64,000 nt of DNA from the IMG/VR virus record IMGVR_UViG_3300025096_002712, positions 32,001-96,000 of that record. One strand, 5' to 3'. Made by a program: the position numbers and the translations under genes. Source of the DNA: a virus. This document shows, piece by piece, positions 39,370 to 50,050 of the stretch. The first letter of the stretch is position 1; the number at the start of each line of letters is the position of its first letter. Below the pieces are notes generated by a model, which ran no database searches, was not told the DNA's origin, and saw nothing but the letters and a program-made list of their open reading frames with translations.

Positions 39370-40106
39370 AACATTTAGTAACAAGTGGTTGTAGTTTTTC
39401 TGATGCATCAAATCCACATAAATCTTGGCCATTACACTTAGAGGATTTGGTACAAGATAAATACCATTTTCGACATATTGGAGCATGTGCTCAAGGTGAA
39501 GATTATATAAGTCGTTCTGTGATATGTAAAGTTAATCAGTTATTAAAAGATTATAACTCGGATGATATTTTTGTAATAGTTGGTTGGTCAGGGTTACAAA
39601 GACGTGCCATATTAGTGAATAACGAAACTACAAAAATGCATTATAAGTTTAAAGATTGGGAAATGAGTAAGGGAGAATCTATGTATGGAAATCCCATTGG
39701 TAGTTGGCAAGATTTTGATGAGGAATATCAAAAGATACAATCAGAAGAACATAATATAATTCAGAGTATGGAACATATTATTAGAACACAAGATTTTTTA
39801 CGAGTTAATAATGTTGATTATAAGTTTTTTGGATTCGGTAATCTGTTTGCAAATTTAGATGAGACAAATTTTTTAACAAAAGGTAAGGGAACAAGAATAG
39901 ATAAAAAATATCCTAATACATCTTATTTATTTGATATAATGGATTGGGATAAATGGTGGTTTCATAATGAATTTGGTGGATTGGGAGAATGGGTTAATGA
40001 CAATGTACCGAATGGATTTGATGGTGGGTTTGGAAACTCTGGACACCCATTGGCAAATTCACAAAGATTATTTACACAAGAGGTTGTTTTAAAATGGATA
40101 AAATAA
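39366..40106 (+). CDS. SGNH-hydrolase-like protein, paralog 1
   Basis: N-term SGCSFS block I, VGWS, C-term GHP. Confidence 0.65.
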   Translation: MKHLVTSGCSFSDASNPHKSWPLHLEDLVQDKYHFRHIGACAQGEDYISRSVICKVNQLLKDYNSDDIFVIVGWSGLQRRAILVNNETTKMHYKFKDWEMSKGESMYGNPIGSWQDFDEEYQKIQSEEHNIIQSMEHIIRTQDFLRVNNVDYKFFGFGNLFANLDETNFLTKGKGTRIDKKYPNTSYLFDIMDWDKWWFHNEFGGLGEWVNDNVPNGFDGGFGNSGHPLANSQRLFTQEVVLKWIK

Positions 40107-41038
40107 TAATAACTGCTGGATGTAGTTTTACTAATTCAGATGGTACTTGGCCATATCATATAGATGAACAAAAATATGGCTGGTCTCTTAATGTAGGAGA
40201 TACGGGTGCTGGTAATTCATATATTAGTAGGTCTGTCATTTGGGAAGTAAATGACCAATTAAAACTTGGAAAGAATCCAAAGGATATTGAGGTTGTTATA
40301 ATGTGGTCGGGTATAACAAGAAAAGAGTTTTTGTCTACTAAAAGAGAAAATCCAATGCACGAACTTTGGGTAGATGGACCTCACAAAAATTGGATGGGTA
40401 ATTTTATCCATGATGAACATTGGCACAGACATCCAACTGAAGATTCTACTTGGATAAAAAGTAGTATTCCTTATATGAGTTGGGACAATAAAGCAGTAAC
40501 TAAGTTTTTAGATTTGTATTGGAAACACTTTTATTCAGAGGAAGAAAGTTTAATAAATACATTTGAATCTATTTTAAGAACCCAATGGTATTTAGATGGT
40601 TTGGGGGTTAAGTATACAATGATGTGTTGGCAAAATATATTTAATCAATATTCTTTCAAAGTTCCAAGTGGATGGGTAAGACAAGAAGGCGATGAAATAT
40701 TTGGACACGAAATATGGAATCTTGCGTGGAGAGATAATACACATTTTAAAACGGATAGATACTGGCCTGATAACGCAACTGAAAAAATATCAAAAGATAC
40801 ACCATTACTAAAGGACATATATCCAAACGCAACTCATTTGTGGGATATGATAGATTGGGATAAATGGTGGTTTTATGAAGATGAACAAGTAGAGTATGGT
40901 GGTTTGGCAGAATGGGTTTGTTTGAAAGCTCGTGATCCTTGGGGAAATGGTGAACACGATCCAGGTCATCCATCACCATCTTCACATAAAAAGTTTTGTG
41001 AACAAGTTATAATACCAATTTTAGAGGATAAAGTATGA
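40094..41038 (+). CDS. SGNH-hydrolase-like protein, paralog 2
   Basis: AGCSFT, GAGN, MWSG, DPGHPSPSSH. Confidence 0.7.
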   Translation: MDKIIITAGCSFTNSDGTWPYHIDEQKYGWSLNVGDTGAGNSYISRSVIWEVNDQLKLGKNPKDIEVVIMWSGITRKEFLSTKRENPMHELWVDGPHKNWMGNFIHDEHWHRHPTEDSTWIKSSIPYMSWDNKAVTKFLDLYWKHFYSEEESLINTFESILRTQWYLDGLGVKYTMMCWQNIFNQYSFKVPSGWVRQEGDEIFGHEIWNLAWRDNTHFKTDRYWPDNATEKISKDTPLLKDIYPNATHLWDMIDWDKWWFYEDEQVEYGGLAEWVCLKARDPWGNGEHDPGHPSPSSHKKFCEQVIIPILEDKV

Positions 41039-41865
41039 AATTAATTACAACTGGATGTAGTTTTGCAGGACCTACATCACATCCACCTATTGAAGAAGAA
41101 TCTTGGGGAATTCAACTGGCCAAAATACTAAATTTAGAGGAATGTGTTGAAGGTAACGGAGATGGTTGGTTAAATTTAGGACTTGGTGGGTGTTCTTTAG
41201 ATTATATCAGTAGAGGTATAATTGATCAAGTTATACCTAATTTAGATAAAGATTTAGTTGTTGTTGTGGGGTGGACATCAATACAAAGGTGGGAACACTT
41301 TACAGATGAACTTGGTAAGTGTCAAGCAAATACTAACGAACCATATCATTACGGTGCACAGGCTTTTTGGAAGAGCACATTAACCTCGGACAGAGAATAT
41401 AAACAACATTTGCTGAACCATACTTTATTTCAAGAACATATGAGAAAATTAAATATGATTATTACATTGGCAGGATTTTTAAAATCACACAATATAAAAT
41501 ATGTATTTTTTAATGCATTTGAACCATTGGATGGTTGGAAAAAAGGAACAGGATACTATGATAAATCAGAAACGGGAGAAGATTGTCCAGTACTAAATAA
41601 ACTTACTGATTATGTTAGACAAAATGTTAATTTTTTAGAACAACTTCAAATAGAAATAGGTGCTAAAGAAGGATATGAAGAAAGGGTTAGAATTGGAGAT
41701 TTTGATGGTGATGATAAATCATACCCATATACTAAAAAAGAATATTTTACACACGATGGTTGGCATCCAAGTCTGGTGGCACACAAAGAATGGTCTAAAA
41801 TATTATATGACGCTATTATGAGTGAGAGTGTGTGTCATCTTAATAAAAAATATGGAATTAAATAA
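41035..41865 (+). CDS. SGNH-hydrolase-like protein, paralog 3
   Basis: TGCSFA, NLGLGGCS, GWTS, DGWHPSLVAH. Confidence 0.7.
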   Translation: MKLITTGCSFAGPTSHPPIEEESWGIQLAKILNLEECVEGNGDGWLNLGLGGCSLDYISRGIIDQVIPNLDKDLVVVVGWTSIQRWEHFTDELGKCQANTNEPYHYGAQAFWKSTLTSDREYKQHLLNHTLFQEHMRKLNMIITLAGFLKSHNIKYVFFNAFEPLDGWKKGTGYYDKSETGEDCPVLNKLTDYVRQNVNFLEQLQIEIGAKEGYEERVRIGDFDGDDKSYPYTKKEYFTHDGWHPSLVAHKEWSKILYDAIMSESVCHLNKKYGIK

Positions 41866-43355
41866 TGAAAATATTAGGAATAAATGCATTAAACCATGAC
41901 GCTGCTATAGCTATGATACAAGATGGTGAGGTATTATTTGCTGGTCATAGTGAGAGATATAGTGGGGTTAAAAACGATTCTGATTTAAACGCAGCACTAT
42001 TAGCAGATTCGTTTAGACATGGTGGTAAACCAGATAAAGTGGTTTATTTTGAAAGACCTTGGCTCAAAAAGGCAAGACAATTAAAGGCAGGTCAATACGG
42101 AGAAGTATTTTCTCGTAAGAATACACCACAATACTATCTACGAGATTATGTTGGTAATGCAGAAATAGAGTATGTCCAACATCATCAATCTCATGCTGCA
42201 GCAGGTTATTATACAAGTCCATACGAAGAATCAGCAATCGTAGTTATAGATGCAATAGGTGAGTTTGAAACTTGCACTATTTGGTATGCTTGGGGAAGTC
42301 ATTTTGAAAAACGATATAGTTTAAAGTATCCAAAATCACTTGGTCTTTGGTATTCAGCAATGACTCAACGATTAGGATTGAAACCACAAGAGGATGAATA
42401 CATTCTTATGGGAATGGCTGGTTGGGGAACGGTTGATGAAGAATTAAAACAGAACATACGAAACGATTTCTTTAAAGATAGTGATAAACTAATTGATTTA
42501 AAGGATAATTTACATAGAGGTTGTTTAGGTTGGAATCCTGAATACTACAAAGATGATGATAGTGAACAATGGAAATTTGATATAGCAGCAAATGTCCAAG
42601 CAATTTGTGAAGAAGAAATCGTAAAGGTATTTGAACTAACAAAACAATTAGTTCCTGAAACGGATAATTGTGTTTATATGGGTGGAGTGGCACTAAATTG
42701 TGTAGCCAACTCAATTATAGCCCGTGACCATTATCCTAATTTATGGATACTACCAAACCCAGGTGATGCGGGAAGTTCACTCGGTTGTGCAGCATATGTA
42801 TTCGGTGAACATATTAATTGGACTTCACCATTTACAGGTTATGATATTAAAGGTCGTTATCCAAGAAGGAAAGTATTAAACGAGTTACTTGAAGGTAACA
42901 TCGTTGGTGTGGCAAACGGAAGGGCAGAGTTCGGTCCAAGAGCACTTGGTAATCGTTCTCTACTGGCAGATCCGAGAGGACATAAAATAAAGGATAGAGT
43001 GAATGAGATAAAACACAGACAAAAGTTTCGTCCATTCGCTCCATCCGTCCTTGAGGAATATGCACACGAGGTATTTGATATGCCAGTTAAGAAGAGTCAG
43101 TTTATGCAGTTTACGGCACCTTGTAAGTTTCCTGATAAGTATCCTGCAATATGTCATGTTGATAATACTTCAAGAGTTCAAACCGTGAGTAAGGAAGATA
43201 ATCCAGGTTATTATAAACTTATTAAAGAGTTCTACCATAAAACAGGATGTCCTATGGTTTTGAACACAAGTCTAAACATAAAAGGACAACCAATAGTCAA
43301 TTCTTATCATGATGGTGTTGCATTTGAAAAACAATATAATGTAAAGGTTTTTTAA
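41865..43355 (+). CDS. O-carbamoyltransferase (CmcH/NodU/TobZ family)
   Basis: HDAA, HHQSHAA, IDAIGE, GGVALNCVAN, GDAGSSLG, EFGPRALGNRSLLADP, FRPFAP, LNTSLN. Confidence 0.95.
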   Translation: MKILGINALNHDAAIAMIQDGEVLFAGHSERYSGVKNDSDLNAALLADSFRHGGKPDKVVYFERPWLKKARQLKAGQYGEVFSRKNTPQYYLRDYVGNAEIEYVQHHQSHAAAGYYTSPYEESAIVVIDAIGEFETCTIWYAWGSHFEKRYSLKYPKSLGLWYSAMTQRLGLKPQEDEYILMGMAGWGTVDEELKQNIRNDFFKDSDKLIDLKDNLHRGCLGWNPEYYKDDDSEQWKFDIAANVQAICEEEIVKVFELTKQLVPETDNCVYMGGVALNCVANSIIARDHYPNLWILPNPGDAGSSLGCAAYVFGEHINWTSPFTGYDIKGRYPRRKVLNELLEGNIVGVANGRAEFGPRALGNRSLLADPRGHKIKDRVNEIKHRQKFRPFAPSVLEEYAHEVFDMPVKKSQFMQFTAPCKFPDKYPAICHVDNTSRVQTVSKEDNPGYYKLIKEFYHKTGCPMVLNTSLNIKGQPIVNSYHDGVAFEKQYNVKVF

Positions 43356-43357
43356 TT

Positions 43358-44656
43358 ATGATAAATTTAGTTTGTATGACTGATACTTTAACACCAGAAA
43401 GAGAAAAGGATATAGATTTATTGCCACATAATAGTCTTGGATCAGATTTATTTTTTGAATATACAAGATTAAATAATGATTGGATTCGAGATGAAAGATG
43501 GAACGATGTTAATATCAATGAAGAATTACCAAAGACAGAAAAATATGTTATTGTTTATGATACTTTTAATCCCATACTTACAATGGAAAATATGGTAAGT
43601 AAAAATAGTTCGGTATCAAATAAAATTATTTCGGATTTAAAAGAATCTAAATGTTCAATTGTATTTTTTCACACGGATTTATTTTGGGTTGGATTTAATA
43701 AAGATGAATGGGAAGATTTTTATACGGTCGTAAAGGGTATAGACCTTAAAAGATTTTACTTTTTATTCGATGAACAGACAATAGATGATGAGATAAAAGA
43801 TATAGATTTGGGATTCAATGTTTTTACTGAAAGAAGTTGGCCATCAGTTTTCTTACTCAAGTCAGAAGATTGGACAAAAAATGCAGGTGGCTACCAATCT
43901 ACATTATTAAGGTCTATATTTAATAATACGAGAGGATATTATAGACAATTTAAATATTGTACACATAATAACAATATAAAGGATCATAGAGTTGAATTAC
44001 TTTTATTTTTAGTACAGAACAATTTATTAGATGGTGGAGTGTGGTCTTGGTTTGGTGGGGTAGAACCAGCACAACAAGGAGCTGATAAATTAGATTTTAC
44101 TAACTTTGAAAGTGTTGGAAACGAAAAAGTTGATTATACTATAGAATACGGAAAAGAGGCCGTGGAGTTTGCAAATAATCTTGTACCATATACATATGAT
44201 TATAAAGTTGATGGATTACAAGATTATTTAAATCTTATTCCTTATTTTAATAGCTATTTTAATATAGTTACGGAAAGTGTATGGGGACCTGGATATGATA
44301 ATACTCACCCACAAAAAATACATATTACAGAAAAAGTGTGGAAATGTATAATTACATTCCAACCTTTTATTTTAATTACTAACAAAAATAATTTAAAAAA
44401 ATTACGAGAGTGGGGATTTAAAACTTTCCATCCGTTTATTGATGAATCATATGATGAGTTGGATACTTATAAAGAGAGAAAGGCATTACTTGAAAAGGAA
44501 ATTAAAAGACTTTGTAGTATGACAAGAAAAGAATTAGACGAGTGGTATTGGTCAATGGAAGATATTTTACGACACAATCAACAACATTATGTTGAGTTTA
44601 TGAAGTATCAGTATAATGGAATTACGGATTTTATATTTAAGGCATATAATGATTGA
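43358..44656 (+). CDS. GT10-like protein, paralog 2
   Basis: YFNIVTES..HITEKVWK..QPFI; GFKTFHPFIDESYD. Confidence 0.55.
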   Translation: MINLVCMTDTLTPEREKDIDLLPHNSLGSDLFFEYTRLNNDWIRDERWNDVNINEELPKTEKYVIVYDTFNPILTMENMVSKNSSVSNKIISDLKESKCSIVFFHTDLFWVGFNKDEWEDFYTVVKGIDLKRFYFLFDEQTIDDEIKDIDLGFNVFTERSWPSVFLLKSEDWTKNAGGYQSTLLRSIFNNTRGYYRQFKYCTHNNNIKDHRVELLLFLVQNNLLDGGVWSWFGGVEPAQQGADKLDFTNFESVGNEKVDYTIEYGKEAVEFANNLVPYTYDYKVDGLQDYLNLIPYFNSYFNIVTESVWGPGYDNTHPQKIHITEKVWKCIITFQPFILITNKNNLKKLREWGFKTFHPFIDESYDELDTYKERKALLEKEIKRLCSMTRKELDEWYWSMEDILRHNQQHYVEFMKYQYNGITDFIFKAYND

Positions 44657-46082
44657 TATTTTATTTGTACATACCAATTCAAGTGCACAAACATTTCAAA
44701 GTTTATCAAAATACGCTGCAATAGAACCACCAATATGGGCTGCATTATTAGCAGAAAGTATGAGAAAACTTGGTATGAGAGTGGGCATTTTAGATTGTGA
44801 AGCGTTACAATTAGATACAGAACAGAGTTATAATCATATAAAGGAAATAAATCCTAAGTTAGTTTGTTTTGTTCAGTTCGGACAGCATCCATCTGCATCC
44901 GCACAAAGTATGCAGGGAACACACGAATTATTGGAAGTTATGGATTATGAATTTAAGACTATTTTAGTTGGTCTATATCCATCAGCATTACCAAGAAAAA
45001 CACTTCAAGATGAAAAGTGTGATTTTGTATGTGAAGGAGAAGGAGTAGATACTTTGTTAGGATTATTTCAGAGTGATTTAGTTAATGTAAGTAAAGTTCC
45101 TCGTTTGTGGTATAGAGATGATGGTGAAATAAAATTTACTAATATGACACCAATTATTGGTAATCTTGAACAAGGTTTACCTGGTATGGCTTGGGATTTG
45201 TTACCGATGGAAAAATATAGAAATACAGTTCATTTTTCTATGACAAATAATAATGATAGAACACCATTTGCATCACTTTATACTTCACTTGGTTGTCCTT
45301 ATAAATGTGAATTTTGTTGTATTAATGCTCCATTTGGAAAGGCAACTTTTAGATACTGGGAACCAGAGTTCATCATAAAAGAGTTTGATAAGATTGCCGA
45401 TATGGGAATACGAAATATTAAAATTGCAGATGAGATGTTTGTATTAAATAAAAATCATTTTTTAAAGATATGTGATTTGATAATTGAGAGGGGATATGAT
45501 TTTAATATTTGGGCATATGCACGAGTAGATACAGTTAGAGAAGAATATTTGGAAAAATTAAAAAGAGCAGGTGTGAATTGGTTGGCACTCGGTATTGAAA
45601 GTGGTAATAGAAAGATTCGTATCGATTCAGTAAAGGGTAAGTTTCAAGAAGTAGATGTAGTTGATATAGTGAGAAAAATTGAATCATTTGAGATTGAAGC
45701 ACTTGGTAATTATATGTTTGGTATGTCTGGTGATACATTTGAAACGATGCAACAAACACTTGATTTAGCAATGGAATTAAATACAAGCTGGGCAAATTTT
45801 AATCCAACTATAATTTTTCCTGGATCACCACTTTTTACTGAATCAGTTAACAAAGGAGTTGATTTACCACCGACATATTCAGGTTATTCATATTATTCTA
45901 AAGATTCATTTCCAAATCCAACAGAAAGTTTAACAAGACAAGATATTTTATCATTCAGAGATGAGGCTTTTGTAAAATATTGTGATAGACCAGTGTGGTT
46001 TGATAAAATAAGAAATAGATTTGGTCAAGAGTCTGTTGATATATATAAAGATATATTAAAAGTGAAATTGGTGAGGTCTTGA
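44649..46082 (+). CDS. B12-binding radical SAM enzyme (start probably 44649)
   Basis: EPPIWAALLA, EGEG, LGCPYKCEFC, ADEMF, LGIESG. Confidence 0.9.
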   Translation: MIDILFVHTNSSAQTFQSLSKYAAIEPPIWAALLAESMRKLGMRVGILDCEALQLDTEQSYNHIKEINPKLVCFVQFGQHPSASAQSMQGTHELLEVMDYEFKTILVGLYPSALPRKTLQDEKCDFVCEGEGVDTLLGLFQSDLVNVSKVPRLWYRDDGEIKFTNMTPIIGNLEQGLPGMAWDLLPMEKYRNTVHFSMTNNNDRTPFASLYTSLGCPYKCEFCCINAPFGKATFRYWEPEFIIKEFDKIADMGIRNIKIADEMFVLNKNHFLKICDLIIERGYDFNIWAYARVDTVREEYLEKLKRAGVNWLALGIESGNRKIRIDSVKGKFQEVDVVDIVRKIESFEIEALGNYMFGMSGDTFETMQQTLDLAMELNTSWANFNPTIIFPGSPLFTESVNKGVDLPPTYSGYSYYSKDSFPNPTESLTRQDILSFRDEAFVKYCDRPVWFDKIRNRFGQESVDIYKDILKVKLVRS

Positions 46083-47107
46083 TGAATGAAGTTATAAGTA
46101 AGGATGTATTGAATGATATTAGAAAATTAGACAAACGAGTAGTATCAAATAACCCCTCGGGTACTGGATCAACTCTGATAAGTTATATAAGTGCATTAAG
46201 AGTAAAAGATGATGCTAAACTTTTTTTTACACCACATGGTAATAATACGGTACTTTCGTATCCACATTCTAAGTTTGCAACTCAAGGTGATTCAGTTGGA
46301 GATAACATAAAAGATGAATTTATAGTAGATGAGATTTTAGAAGATGATATAATAATTAGTAACGATAAGTTTATACTTTTTGAGGGAGATCAGTATAGTG
46401 ATTTCCCAGCAAGACTTCAATTTTTTTATCAATGGGGACGAGTTGATGAGAAAAAACTTGTACAATGGGGACTTCCACCGAAAGAAAAAGGTTTTACTAA
46501 ATCCTTGGGTAATAGACCCCCTTTAGACAATTTTATTTCTTGTGCAAAAAAACTTGAAAAGAGATTAAAACCAGACTTTCTACAAAAAGTAGAAAAATAT
46601 TCTTCTTTTTTTACTGATAAGACTATATCTGTACATATAAGAACTGGAAATAATATGGATTGGACACAGAGTAAATCTGAAATGGAAAAGTATAAAAATA
46701 TGACAGAAAATATAGTTTTAGATTATTATAAACATATGGATGATGTTGATAGTACATCTAATTTTTTTGTGTGTTGTGACAATGATGAAATATTAACAAG
46801 ATTTAAAGATAGATATAAAAATAGAGTTCTCACTTTTGATGACGAAGTTGATACATCTTCACGGGCATTACTTGACATTTTTTTATTGTCTAAAAATAAC
46901 CGTATGATTTTATTTCATAGTAGTTGTTTTGGTGAACTTGCATGGATATTAGCAGGTGCACCTACATCTGTTAAAATTGTATCTACTGAAAGATTTACAA
47001 ATCCATTTTGGGAACACGAAGAAGAAGAACAAGAAAGTTTAATGAAGTGTGGATGTAACATTGATACACATCAACCACATTGTAAGTATCACGTGTGGAA
47101 TAGATAA
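46082..47107 (+). CDS. GT11/GT23-like fucosyltransferase-like protein
   Basis: TISVHIRTG, FFVCCD, LDIFLLSK..SSCFGE; similar to 36110. Confidence 0.65.
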   Translation: MNEVISKDVLNDIRKLDKRVVSNNPSGTGSTLISYISALRVKDDAKLFFTPHGNNTVLSYPHSKFATQGDSVGDNIKDEFIVDEILEDDIIISNDKFILFEGDQYSDFPARLQFFYQWGRVDEKKLVQWGLPPKEKGFTKSLGNRPPLDNFISCAKKLEKRLKPDFLQKVEKYSSFFTDKTISVHIRTGNNMDWTQSKSEMEKYKNMTENIVLDYYKHMDDVDSTSNFFVCCDNDEILTRFKDRYKNRVLTFDDEVDTSSRALLDIFLLSKNNRMILFHSSCFGELAWILAGAPTSVKIVSTERFTNPFWEHEEEEQESLMKCGCNIDTHQPHCKYHVWNR

Positions 47108-47116
47108 GGAGTTATT

Positions 47117-48079
47117 ATGAAAATATTAGTTACTGGAGGAGCAGGTTATTTAGGTTCTGTATTGTGTGCAGATTTAATTAAAAATCATGAGGTAGTAGTG
47201 TATGATAATTTGATGTATAATCAATCATCATTATTAAACTTATTTAATAATAAAAACTTTAAATTTGTTTATGGTGATGTTAGAGATTATAAAAAATTAT
47301 TTCCATATGTTAAGGAGGCAGATGTTATAATACCATTAGCAGCAATAGTTGGATTTCCTGCATGTGATAGAGATAAACAATTAGCAACCGCAATAAATTA
47401 TTATCAGATTAAAAATATTGTTAAAAACATTTCGAAAGATCAAAAGATTTTATATCCCAATACAAATAGTGGATATGGACAAAAAACTGAAGGAGTATGT
47501 ACAGAGGATCAAAAATTAACACCAATAAGTCATTATGGAGTTACCAAATGTGATTCTGAAAATCTTCTTTTAGATAGTGGTCGGGCAATTACATTTAGAT
47601 TGGCTACAGTTTTTGGTATGTCTGAAAGAATGAGATTAGATTTACTTGTAAATGAGTTTGTATACAAGGCACTAACAGATAGATATATTACTTTATTTCA
47701 GGCACATACGGTTAGGAATTATATTCATGTAAAGGATGTATCTTCTGTATTCCAATTTATGATGGAAAATTATGATGAGAATGTAGGAGAGGCGTTTAAT
47801 GTGGGGTTGAGTGATACTAATTTAAATAAAAGAGAATTGACTGAACGAATCAAAAAATATATACCAGATTTTGTTGTTAATGAATCAGATTATTATGAAG
47901 ATCCAGATAAGCGAGATTACATAGTTTCAAATGAAAAGATTGAATCAAGAGGATGGAAACCACAATATACATTGAATGGTGGAATACAAGAATTGATAAG
48001 TGGATATCAAATAATAATAAACAAGGATAGTAGTCATTTTAGGAATGGATTTCCTATAAAATATGGACAGGGATTATAG
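47117..48079 (+). CDS. NAD-dependent sugar epimerase/dehydratase (extended SDR)
   Basis: TGGAGYLG, YGVTK, RLATVFG, RNYIHVKD. Confidence 0.9.
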   Translation: MKILVTGGAGYLGSVLCADLIKNHEVVVYDNLMYNQSSLLNLFNNKNFKFVYGDVRDYKKLFPYVKEADVIIPLAAIVGFPACDRDKQLATAINYYQIKNIVKNISKDQKILYPNTNSGYGQKTEGVCTEDQKLTPISHYGVTKCDSENLLLDSGRAITFRLATVFGMSERMRLDLLVNEFVYKALTDRYITLFQAHTVRNYIHVKDVSSVFQFMMENYDENVGEAFNVGLSDTNLNKRELTERIKKYIPDFVVNESDYYEDPDKRDYIVSNEKIESRGWKPQYTLNGGIQELISGYQIIINKDSSHFRNGFPIKYGQGL

Positions 48080-49410
48080 TGAATAAAATTAATATTTTAT
48101 TAAATACATATACAGAACAATTAGATGGTTGGTCTAATTCAATAGGTACTTTAGAATCATCTGATTTTGGGGAATTTAATAAAATTCAGATTTCTGATTT
48201 AAAGGATGATTCAAATTTTATTTTACCTATATCATGTGGTGGTTTACATAGATACCTTGATATACTTGATGGGGGTGGTAGTGGCGGAAAAACTTTTTTA
48301 TATTTTTTAGATGAGAGAGTAAGAAATTTAATTCGTGAGGGAAGTGGTTATATTTTGATAAATTATATACATGAGGGACATATTCAACATCAAAATTATA
48401 AAGATTTACATAATGAGTTATTAAAATATAAAATTCTAGCAAATAAAGTTTTTTTTGTTGCAAGTAATTTGAATGGTAAAAATCAATATAAAACTTTTTG
48501 TGATATAATGCCCACTTTAACAAAAGACAAGATGAATATTATTGAAGTGAACCATATGTTAGAGTCAAGTGTAGACATTTATCATTATGTTATTGATAAT
48601 AATTACAATAAAGATTTAGATAAACTTTTACCATATAAACAATCATTTGTTAATAAAAAAGATTTAGATGATATGAGAGATACGATAAGGGAAAAGTATT
48701 TTTTATCTTACAATAGAGTAATCAGAGAGTATAGATTGGCATTAGTTGCAATGATTTATAAAATGGAGTTACAAAATAAAGGAATTATTAGTCTTGGGGC
48801 AAAAGAAGTAGATAGTGCTTTTGGTGGGGTTTGGCCAGCACATATAGGAGATTTTATAAAGGATAAGCAACAGAATGAAGTAGTAAGTAATGCATTAAAA
48901 AAGATAAAACCATTATATCCTATTGATGCGGATGGTGATATAGATGCAAATTGGGTTTATAAAGATGGTGAAAAATGGGGTGGGGCTGTCGGTCAATGGT
49001 CTAATTTTTCTCATCAATATAAAAGAGTTTATTTTAATGTAGTTACTGAAAGTTGTTATTATGAAGATTGTATTTATATGAGCGAAAAAATATTTAAACC
49101 AATTAGTAATTTAGTTCCATTTATAATAGTATCTAATCCATTTTTTCTTGCAAAGTTAAGAGAGATAGGATATAAAACTTTTTCACCTTGGATTGATGAG
49201 TCGTATGATGAAGAAGTGGATAATGATAAAAGATTTTTTATGATATTAGACGAGATAAAAAGATTATGTAGTATGTCAAAAGAAGAAATACATAAATGGT
49301 ATTATGAAATGGAAGATATTCTTTTATATAATCAAGAACATTTCGCAAATTATAAACACCAAGATAGAAAAAATTGTTGGACTGAAATATCGGAGGTTAT
49401 GGGTGGTTAA
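48079..49410 (+). CDS. GT10-like protein, paralog 3
   Basis: YFLSYNR, YFNVVTES..MSEKIFKPI, GYKTFSPWIDESYD; GTG start. Confidence 0.55.
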   Translation: MNKINILLNTYTEQLDGWSNSIGTLESSDFGEFNKIQISDLKDDSNFILPISCGGLHRYLDILDGGGSGGKTFLYFLDERVRNLIREGSGYILINYIHEGHIQHQNYKDLHNELLKYKILANKVFFVASNLNGKNQYKTFCDIMPTLTKDKMNIIEVNHMLESSVDIYHYVIDNNYNKDLDKLLPYKQSFVNKKDLDDMRDTIREKYFLSYNRVIREYRLALVAMIYKMELQNKGIISLGAKEVDSAFGGVWPAHIGDFIKDKQQNEVVSNALKKIKPLYPIDADGDIDANWVYKDGEKWGGAVGQWSNFSHQYKRVYFNVVTESCYYEDCIYMSEKIFKPISNLVPFIIVSNPFFLAKLREIGYKTFSPWIDESYDEEVDNDKRFFMILDEIKRLCSMSKEEIHKWYYEMEDILLYNQEHFANYKHQDRKNCWTEISEVMGG

Positions 49411-50050
49411 AAAACTATTAGTAAATGGTTGTAGTTTTACTGTCGAAGATGTCCTTGATCCCGATAATTGGGGGGCGTTATTAGCAAGAAAACTTGGAGT
49501 ATTAAATAATTATACAAATTTAGCTCTTGGTGGGGGTGGAAATGATAGAATTTATAGAACAACAATAGAATATTTAGAAAATTTAAATGATAAATATTAT
49601 AAAGAGTTGATGGTAATAATTTGTTGGTCATTTGAACCGAGGAGAGAATATATGTCCGATGGGGAATATGAATTAATTACTTGGGAAGATCACCCGTATC
49701 TTTGGGATGTATTTGAGATTGGTAAAGAAAAGCCGAGTGGGCGTGATTTATTTACGACTACTGCTGTAAATTATGTTATAGGACTTCATAATATCTTGGA
49801 GAATTTAAACATAAATAATTATCACTTTTTTGCTGACAGTTGGTTATCTGAAATTAAAAAACATAAAAAATTATTAGATTGTAGTAAATTCTATTTTGAT
49901 AAACCTTACCACACTACCAATACAGATTATGATACTCCAAATTTACAAATAGATAAGATTTCAATTGATGATGATCATCCAGGACCAAAATCAAAAGAAT
50001 TAGTTAGTGAACTTTTATATGATAAAATAAAACATAATTTTTTAAAATGA
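49403..50050 (+). CDS. SGNH-hydrolase-like protein, paralog 4 (start probably GTG 49403)
   Basis: NGCSFT, NLALGGGGN, DDDHPGP; GGAGG SD at 49392. Confidence 0.7.
   Translation: MVKKLLVNGCSFTVEDVLDPDNWGALLARKLGVLNNYTNLALGGGGNDRIYRTTIEYLENLNDKYYKELMVIICWSFEPRREYMSDGEYELITWEDHPYLWDVFEIGKEKPSGRDLFTTTAVNYVIGLHNILENLNINNYHFFADSWLSEIKKHKKLLDCSKFYFDKPYHTTNTDYDTPNLQIDKISIDDDHPGPKSKELVSELLYDKIKHNFLK

Noticed and set aside
41865-43355. Carbamoyltransferase and GTs as a DNA hypermodification system
   Set aside because: Not excluded but disfavoured: no thymidylate-synthase-like hydroxymethylase, TET/JBP, DNA methylase or nucleotide kinase recognised here, and the GT families present are glycan-type.
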